NCBI GenBank assembly: GCA_964455475.1
Contig: CAYVWL010000002.1
Coordinates: 1 to 36,439, forward strand
Reading direction: 5' to 3'
DNA: 36,439 nt
Source of the DNA: an uncultured Candidatus Saccharibacteria bacterium
GTDB taxonomy: Bacteria > Patescibacteriota > Minisyncoccia > Phycocordibacterales > GWA1-40-21
Shown piece after piece: positions 30,795-36,439 of the stretch. Position 1 is the first letter of the stretch. Each line of letters begins with the position of its first letter. The position numbers and the translations under genes are program-made. Below the pieces are notes generated by a model that saw nothing but the letters and a program-made list of their open reading frames with translations, was not told the DNA's origin and searched no databases.

Positions 30795-31670
30795 GATATG
30801 GAGAAACTCACAAAACAACAGATAGTTTTGGTCACGCTTTTGGTGAGCTTTGTGACTTCTATTGCCACAGGGATTGTGACGGTGGCCCTGATGGACCAGG
30901 CACCAGCGGGCGTGACACAAACGATAAACCGCGTGGTGGAGAGGACGATTGAAAAGGTAGTCACCGAGCCAGCTAAAAATAATAATACTGCCGCAGTGGT
31001 GACGCGCGAGACTATTGTGGTGAAAGAGGACGACAAAATCGTGGAGTCCGTGGATAAAAATAAAAATAGCATTGTTCGTATTTATACTAAAATGGATAAT
31101 GCCGGAGACGTGGCCGGGAATACTTTTATTGGTCTTGGTACCATCGTCTCCAAGGAGGGCCTGATTGTGACCGGTGATGTGTTTGCGGATCAGAGTGGTA
31201 AATATTTAGTGACCGTGGATAATAATAAATTCTATTCCGTAAAAGTTCTACCTAGAAAAGGCAATAGTCAATTTTATTTCTTGAAAGTTATTCAGGATGA
31301 AAAAGCTCCTGTCATTTTTTCACCGGTTAGCTTTTCTGATTCTAGTGGTTTAAAGCTGGGCCAAACCGTGATTGCTTGGGGTGGGCAAATTCAGAATTCG
31401 GTTTCTACTGGTATTGTTTCCAGCCTCGTGGATGTGGAGGGTAAGGTAGAGCAAGCCAGCACCACGGCCTCTACCACCAAGGTGGTCACCAGAGAAATTA
31501 TTGCTATCAATACCAATATTAATCTGGCAGACAGCCTCTCCGGTGGGCCACTCCTAAACCTTTATGGTGAAGTGGTGGGGATCCGCGTCAGCTCGGGCAT
31601 TTCCGAAAAATATAATTTTCTCCCCTCAAATCTCTTAAAGTCTGAAGTTTTGGCCGTGACTGCCCTTTAG
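30792..31670 (+). CDS. Membrane-anchored trypsin-fold HtrA/DegP-like protein without PDZ, with catalytic His and Asp apparently replaced
   Basis: Start taken at ATG 30792 (MDMEKL..., followed by the TM LVTLLVSFVTSIATGIVTVAL). S1C-like blocks GLGTIVSKEGLIVTGDVF, LKLGQTVIAWGG, STGIVSS and SLSGGPLLNLYGEVVGI. Where HtrA has TNNHV this protein has TGDVF. Where HtrA has D(I/L)ALLK it has QFYFLKV. Confidence 0.7.
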   Translation: MDMEKLTKQQIVLVTLLVSFVTSIATGIVTVALMDQAPAGVTQTINRVVERTIEKVVTEPAKNNNTAAVVTRETIVVKEDDKIVESVDKNKNSIVRIYTKMDNAGDVAGNTFIGLGTIVSKEGLIVTGDVFADQSGKYLVTVDNNKFYSVKVLPRKGNSQFYFLKVIQDEKAPVIFSPVSFSDSSGLKLGQTVIAWGGQIQNSVSTGIVSSLVDVEGKVEQASTTASTTKVVTREIIAINTNINLADSLSGGPLLNLYGEVVGIRVSSGISEKYNFLPSNLLKSEVLAVTAL

Positions 31671-31725
31671 TTTGAATTATTCTCACTTTCTGCTATTATA
31701 AATTTATCAGTCTTTTTGCATTTTG

Positions 31726-31830
31726 ATCCCGTTTGAAGTTCTGGGATGGTGATTTTGTGATGATGTTGAATTTAATAAGAAATTGTTATAATGTGTATTA
31801 GCGTTAATAATTAAAACTTCAAACGGGATG
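31726..31830 (+). promoter_or_regulatory. Leader element copy B: 15-bp perfect arms enclosing a promoter and overlapping the clpB start codon
   Basis: ATCCCGTTTGAAGTT (31726-31740) pairs perfectly with AACTTCAAACGGGAT (31815-31829). The loop holds TGtTATAAT (31784-31792). The distance from the -10 box to the ATG is the same as in copy A. Confidence 0.7.
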
Positions 31831-34467
31831 CCCCCATTTAATAATTTTACAACCAAAGCCAAGGAGGTGATACGCCGAGCCCACGAGCTGGCTATTGAGC
31901 GTGGCCAAAATCATGTAAACCCCACTCATTTATTGATGGCCTTGATTATGCAGGAGGAGAGTATGGTGTCCTCAATTTTAGACAGACTGGAGATAGATGT
32001 GATGTCTCTCACGGATACCTTGCTAGAAGTAATTGACAGCATTTCCGCTGGTACCAATATCTCTTCACCCGCCATGCAAATATATCTGACGCCGGATTTG
32101 GCATTGGTGATAGAATCCTCGGGCAAGATTGCCAAGGAGCTGAAGGATGATTTTATTTCCACTGAGCATTTATTTATTAGTACTATGGATACACCCAGCC
32201 AAGCACGAGATATTTTAGCGCGTTATAAAATTGACCGGCTAAAAGTAGTAAAAATCTTAGAGGAATTTAAAAACAATAATATTACAGAAGTTCCCACCAC
32301 AAAAAAGTTCAAAGCAATTTTAAAATATACCCGAAATCTGACCAAGCTGGCCAAGGAAAATAAGCTGGACCCCGTGATCGGCCGTGATGTGGAGATTAGC
32401 CGTATCATTCAGATCTTGTCACGACGCACGAAAAATAATCCTATCCTGATTGGTGAGGCGGGGGTGGGCAAGACGGCGATAGTAGAGGGTCTGGCTATCC
32501 GGATGTCCACGGGGGATGTGCCAGAGTCTTTGAAGGATAAAGAACTGGTGTCCTTGGATATGGGTATGCTCATTGCTGGGACCAAATATCGTGGAGAGTT
32601 TGAAGAGCGTCTAAAAAATATAATAAAAGAGATTGAAAAGTCTGAAGGGAAAATAATTGTTTTCATTGATGAAATACATACTATTGTTGGGGCCGGTTCG
32701 GCGGAAGGCTCGCTTGATGCCTCAAATATGCTCAAGCCAGCTTTGTCCCGTGGTGAATTCCGCACCATTGGTGCCACCACCACCAAGGAATATCAGAAGA
32801 TAGAAAAGGATCCGGCGCTCACTCGGCGCTTTCAGTCTGTCTATGTAAATGAACCGTCCATTGAAGATGCTATTGCTATCATGCGTGGGCTAAAAGATAA
32901 ATATGAGTTGTATCACGGAGTGCGTATTACAGACGATGCTATTATTGCTTCGGTAAATCTAAGCTCGCGCTATATTACTGATAGATTTCTACCAGACAAA
33001 GCGGTAGACCTGATAGATGAAGCGGCCTCGTCCTTAAAAATTTCTTTGGAGAATATGCCACCGATTTTAGAGGAGACACATAGGCGAGTCCTGCGTCTAG
33101 AGATCGAACGTGAGGCCTTGCGTAAGGAGGCGGAGAGTGGGGACATGAAAGCCAAAACTCGCACCAAAATAATTGAAAAAGAAATTGCCGATCTGAAAGA
33201 AAAGACTGCGGAGATAGAATTGAAATGGAAAAATGAAAAGGAAACTATCACGGATATTAAAGCGTTGAAAAAAGGCTTGGAGCAGGCCAGAATAGAAGCG
33301 GAATCAGCGGAAGCACGGGTAGACTTGGCCAAGGCTGCGGAAATCCGTTATGGCACAATTCCCCAGATGGAAAAAGATTTGGCGACAAAAGTAAAGAGAC
33401 TGAAAACTTTGCAAAGCTCGCGCCAAATGCTCAAGGAAGAAATTGGTGAGGAAGATATTGCAGACATTGTGTCAAAATGGACCGGTGTGCCGGTGATGAG
33501 GATGCTCGAGGCTGAGGCGGAAAAATTGAATCGGATGGAAGAGGAATTGAAGAAAAGGATAATCGGTCAGGATGAAGCGGTGAAAAAAATAGCAGATACG
33601 GTAAAGCGTTCTCGGGCCGGCATCTCGGATCCAAATAGGCCTATCGGCTCGTTTATTTTCCTTGGCCCCACCGGTGTGGGAAAGACAGAGCTGACCAAGG
33701 CTCTGGCAGAATTTATGTTTGATGATGAGAAAGCCTTGATCCGTGTGGATATGTCTGAATTTATGGAGCGCCATTCTGTGTCAAAGCTGATTGGCTCACC
33801 GCCGGGTTATGTGGGTTATGAGGAGGGGGGCAATCTGACGGAGATGGTGCGTCACCGCCCTTATTCCGTAATCCTCTTTGATGAGATAGAAAAAGCTCAT
33901 CCGGAGGTGTTTAATATTTTACTGCAGGTGCTGGATAATGGCCGGCTGACGGATGCCAAGGGGCGTACGGTGAACTTTAAAAATACCGTCATCATTCTCA
34001 CCTCCAATATCGGCGCACAATACATTGATAAGATGGAAGAGATTGGCTTTAGTATGGAGAAGAGTAAGCATAATGAATATGAAGATGTGAAAGGCAAAGT
34101 CACCAAGGCCCTGAAGGATCATTTCCGTCCGGAATTTTTAAATCGTTTGGATGATGTGATCATCTTTGATATCTTGAGTGAGAAGGCGGTATCACAGATT
34201 GTGGATATTCAGTTGGAGATTGTCCGTAAGAGATTGGAAGAAAAAGAAATAAAATTAGTGATCAGTAAGGAAGTGATTTCGTATCTCGCGCGTGAAGGTT
34301 ATAATCCGCAGTATGGGGCCAGGCCCTTAAAGCGCTTGATTCAGGAAAAGATTTTGAATCCGGTGGCCGGCCTTATGATTTCCCGTGGCGTGCTCGCCGG
34401 TGGGGTAGTCACCGTTGGTTTTAAGAATAAAGAGTTCACCTTTGAGGTGAAGGGGAAGAAGAAATAA
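31828..34467 (+). CDS. clpB: ATP-dependent chaperone/disaggregase ClpB
   Basis: Clp N domain. Two AAA+ modules ([15 protein letters not shown]; [15 protein letters not shown]). A long coiled-coil M-domain lies between them ([11 protein letters not shown]...[10 protein letters not shown]). [19 protein letters not shown]. Confidence 0.96.
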   Translation: MPPFNNFTTKAKEVIRRAHELAIERGQNHVNPTHLLMALIMQEESMVSSILDRLEIDVMSLTDTLLEVIDSISAGTNISSPAMQIYLTPDLALVIESSGKIAKELKDDFISTEHLFISTMDTPSQARDILARYKIDRLKVVKILEEFKNNNITEVPTTKKFKAILKYTRNLTKLAKENKLDPVIGRDVEISRIIQILSRRTKNNPILIGEAGVGKTAIVEGLAIRMSTGDVPESLKDKELVSLDMGMLIAGTKYRGEFEERLKNIIKEIEKSEGKIIVFIDEIHTIVGAGSAEGSLDASNMLKPALSRGEFRTIGATTTKEYQKIEKDPALTRRFQSVYVNEPSIEDAIAIMRGLKDKYELYHGVRITDDAIIASVNLSSRYITDRFLPDKAVDLIDEAASSLKISLENMPPILEETHRRVLRLEIEREALRKEAESGDMKAKTRTKIIEKEIADLKEKTAEIELKWKNEKETITDIKALKKGLEQARIEAESAEARVDLAKAAEIRYGTIPQMEKDLATKVKRLKTLQSSRQMLKEEIGEEDIADIVSKWTGVPVMRMLEAEAEKLNRMEEELKKRIIGQDEAVKKIADTVKRSRAGISDPNRPIGSFIFLGPTGVGKTELTKALAEFMFDDEKALIRVDMSEFMERHSVSKLIGSPPGYVGYEEGGNLTEMVRHRPYSVILFDEIEKAHPEVFNILLQVLDNGRLTDAKGRTVNFKNTVIILTSNIGAQYIDKMEEIGFSMEKSKHNEYEDVKGKVTKALKDHFRPEFLNRLDDVIIFDILSEKAVSQIVDIQLEIVRKRLEEKEIKLVISKEVISYLAREGYNPQYGARPLKRLIQEKILNPVAGLMISRGVLAGGVVTVGFKNKEFTFEVKGKKK

Positions 34468-34521
34468 CAACCTCCCCCGGCCTTGGTTTTCAATTTAAAA
34501 TCTGCTAGACTATGCTGTATT

Positions 34522-34608
34522 GCGTAGGTGGCGGAGTGGTCAATCGCATCACACTGTAAATGTGACGCCCTATGGGCTACGTAGGTTCAAATCCTACCCT
34601 ACGCACCA
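34522..34608 (+). tRNA. tRNA-Tyr (anticodon GTA), type II, CCA encoded
   Basis: Hand-folded: GCGTAGG TG GCG GAGTGGTCAAT CGC A TCACA CTGTAAA TGTGA CGCCCTATGGGCTAC GTAGG TTCAAAT CCTAC CCTACGC A CCA. Confidence 0.9.
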
Positions 34609-34615
34609 TCAAATA

Positions 34616-34642
34616 AACAGCTCTATGTAAGGGCTGTTTTTT
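34616..34642 (+). terminator. Intrinsic terminator after tRNA-Tyr
   Basis: AACAGCTC-TATGTAA-GGGCTGTT (8 bp including one G-U pair), followed by TTTT. Confidence 0.7.
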
Positions 34643-34662
34643 GGGTGGGTAGATACTGGGAC

Positions 34663-35154
34663 CTAATTAAATTTTCTATTCATAAGCATCTGAGTCTGGA
34701 TATTATTCTCCTGAATATATTTTTTCATCATGCCTCTCATTGGGCCCTTTTGAGACATAACATCATTTGCACCGGTAATATCAATAATATAGCCACCTAT
34801 TATTATAGCTAGGACAAAGCCAGCTATTACTAACCACGGTTTTAGCTTGTATGAAAAATCATATTGACGAATGAGCCAAATACCTAGAGCCAGGCCCAGG
34901 ATAGCAAGCAGTAGCGTCCACCAAGGGAAACTAGATAGGATTTGATCAAATTTATACTGACCCATAGGCCCATGTGAACGAAGGGAAAACCTTATGAGAC
35001 CAACAGAGAAGGTGGAAACAATTACAGTAGAAACTAAACCAATAAAGGTAATAATAGAGCCAAGTATAAAATAGCCCTTAGGTTTCATTTTTAATTTACC
35101 CTGGTTTATCTGCTCCATAATATTTTCAGTGATGTTTTTTAATTCTTTTGGCAT
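34663..35154 (-). CDS. Multi-pass membrane protein, candidate anti-sigma factor
   Basis: The ORF overlaps the 3' end of the ECF sigma gene by 16 nt. About four TM segments. The function is inferred from gene context only. Confidence 0.4.
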   Translation of the reverse strand: MPKELKNITENIMEQINQGKLKMKPKGYFILGSIITFIGLVSTVIVSTFSVGLIRFSLRSHGPMGQYKFDQILSSFPWWTLLLAILGLALGIWLIRQYDFSYKLKPWLVIAGFVLAIIIGGYIIDITGANDVMSQKGPMRGMMKKYIQENNIQTQMLMNRKFN

Positions 35155-35681
35155 ATATTTTTCATTAATTTCTTTGCTCTATTAATTCTCACCGCTACTG
35201 TCCCCATGGGTATTCTCAATATATCACTTATTTCCTCATATGTTTTGCCTTCTAAATAATATAGGGAAAGTGGCTCGGAGTAGAGTAGGGGAATTTCCTT
35301 TAGGCATTTTTCTACCTGTAATTTTGTTTCTCCTTGAATAAAATTTTCTTCAATATTTTCGTCGCTCTTGAAATCAATATCATCTAAGAGGGGGGTCTCG
35401 CCGGGGTATTTTTTTAATAAATTAAGGGCTTCATTGTGCACTATCCGGTAAATCCAGCTCCCAAATTTATGCTTAATATTAAAACTATTTAAATTGATGA
35501 AAGCTTTGATAAAGGAATTTTGCACAATATCCACCGCTTTATCCTCATCCTTGATCAAACTGTTAGCATAATGCAACAACTTCTTCTGATAGCGCTCTAT
35601 GATTATAGCAAAAAGATTTGTATCAGTTGTCCTGACCTTCTCTACCACTTTTTCATCGGATAATTCAACTCTTTCAGTCAT
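35139..35681 (-). CDS. ECF-type RNA polymerase sigma-70 family factor
   Basis: Region 2 (DIVQNSFIKAF...FGSWIYRIVHNEALN). Region 4 HTH (YEEISDILRIPMGTVAVRINRAKKLM). 180 aa. Confidence 0.85.
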   Translation of the reverse strand: MTERVELSDEKVVEKVRTTDTNLFAIIIERYQKKLLHYANSLIKDEDKAVDIVQNSFIKAFINLNSFNIKHKFGSWIYRIVHNEALNLLKKYPGETPLLDDIDFKSDENIEENFIQGETKLQVEKCLKEIPLLYSEPLSLYYLEGKTYEEISDILRIPMGTVAVRINRAKKLMKNICQKN

Positions 35682-35713
35682 GTGTATATTCTAACAGTCT
35701 TTTATCAACAATA

Positions 35714-35744
35714 CATCAAACCCCGAAATTACTCGGGGATGATG
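35714..35744 (-). terminator. Intrinsic terminator between the 134-aa secreted-protein gene and the sigma gene
   Basis: Minus strand: CATCA-T-CCCCGA-GTAATT-TCGGGG-TT-TGATG, followed by a T-rich tract (TATTGTTG). Confidence 0.6.
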
Positions 35745-35764
35745 CATTATCTGAATACTGGTTA

Positions 35765-36169
35765 TTAATTATTTACACAATTACCTCTACCCATACCCCT
35801 GCCCGCTCCATTCCCTTTACCTTGACCTGAACCATCTTTTAGGCCTAGACCAAGTTCAGCGCGAATTTTAGCCGCCCCTGCCTTGTCTCCCTTCTCGGCC
35901 AGCTCATGAGCCTCAGCAAATTTGGCAAAGTTGTCTTTATTTATTACCTGGGTCACCCTACCTTTACCGTTCATCAGTTTGCTCCAAGCTGTGTAATCAC
36001 CAGTCTCAAAAGCTTTCTCCATGGCTATATGGCGTTCCTGGCTATAATTTGGGCCCTTTACAGCTGGGTCACCCATATAAGCCCCGGCTGATGTGGCCAT
36101 CATTCCACCTACACCCAAGATCAACGCTAACACTCCTAATCCCAACACTATATTTCTTTTATTATTCAT
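35765..36169 (-). CDS. Hypothetical secreted/anchored small protein with a Gly-rich C-terminus
   Basis: N-terminal hydrophobic segment IVLGLGVLALILGVGGMMATSAGA, a helical middle and a GSGQGKGNGAGRGMGRG tail. No family recognised with confidence. Confidence 0.55.
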   Translation of the reverse strand: MNNKRNIVLGLGVLALILGVGGMMATSAGAYMGDPAVKGPNYSQERHIAMEKAFETGDYTAWSKLMNGKGRVTQVINKDNFAKFAEAHELAEKGDKAGAAKIRAELGLGLKDGSGQGKGNGAGRGMGRGNCVNN

Positions 36170-36292
36170 TTTATTTTAATTGTTACTATTTATTAAACTG
36201 TTACGACCTCTATACTATTAATACAACATGGCAGACCCTTTTCTTTCATTGTTCCACTTTATCTGTTAATATGGCTAAATAAATAAAAATAT

Positions 36293-36439
36293 ATGTCATC
36301 ACTAACTGTGTTAGAGCTGAAAAAAATTATAGAGACAAACCCAGACTTGGTTCTGATAGATATTAGAACAGAGAGGGAAGTGGAGGGCGGTAAAATTCCT
36401 GGGGCTATTTGGATGGATGTCTCCAGTCGAGAATTTATG
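36293..36439 (+). CDS. Rhodanese-like domain protein, 5' part only (runs off the window)
   Basis: My own translation: MSSLTVLELKKIIETNPDLVLIDIRTEREVEGGKIPGAIWMDV. The LIDIRT.EE...G.IPGAI pattern is typical of rhodanese domains. Not in the ORF track because it is truncated. Confidence 0.5.
   Translation, partial: MSSLTVLELKKIIETNPDLVLIDIRTEREVEGGKIPGAIWMDVSSREFM

Noticed and set aside
30689-31830. Known heat-shock operators (CIRCE TTAGCACTC-N9-GAGTGCTAA, HAIR CTTGAGT-N7-ACTCAAG, CtsR GGTCAAA repeats) upstream of the htrA-like gene and clpB
   Set aside because: None of these consensus sequences is present. The conserved arms (ATCCCGTTYGAWGTT) are unrelated to them.

Overview
AT-rich bacterial window whose core genes are compact versions of housekeeping genes: pheS, pheT, gyrB, gyrA, rpsA, infB, rbfA, clpB, a cysteine desulfurase, an ECF sigma factor and five tRNAs. 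The short PheRS subunits, N-terminally short IF-2, weak Shine-Dalgarno usage, tandem pilin-like genes and a giant surface protein suggest a reduced genome of the Patescibacteria/CPR type. That lineage call is inference only. Accessory content: (1) a BRO-N/DinD-like gene wedged between pheS and pheT; (2) a 1860-aa secreted repeat protein; (3) a likely operon of SAM methyltransferase, orphan solute-binding protein and six tandem VirB2/TrbC-like pilin paralogs; (4) a visibly G+C-richer island (about 21.3-24.4 kb) carrying an SPFH/band-7-like membrane protein, a membrane partner and an IS481-like transposase, next to a four-tRNA operon and a deleted tRNA-Leu copy; (5) a free-standing LAGLIDADG endonuclease abutting tRNA-Cys, and a small GIY-YIG nuclease. 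Three signals stand out. First, a family of short pyrimidine-arm/purine-arm hairpin elements clusters in intergenic DNA and also sits in frame inside gyrB and the cysteine desulfurase gene, as a 27-nt exact match read in the same frame. Second, a duplicated roughly 105-bp leader lies upstream of an HtrA-like pseudoprotease and of clpB. Its 15-bp arms overlap the start codon and carry one compensatory base-pair change. Third, -10 boxes recur 6-10 nt upstream of native start codons, suggesting leaderless mRNAs, whereas the G+C-rich genes (island and 29958 cassette) and the native-composition 13088 orphan carry strong SD sites. No CRISPR array and no rRNA gene are present.
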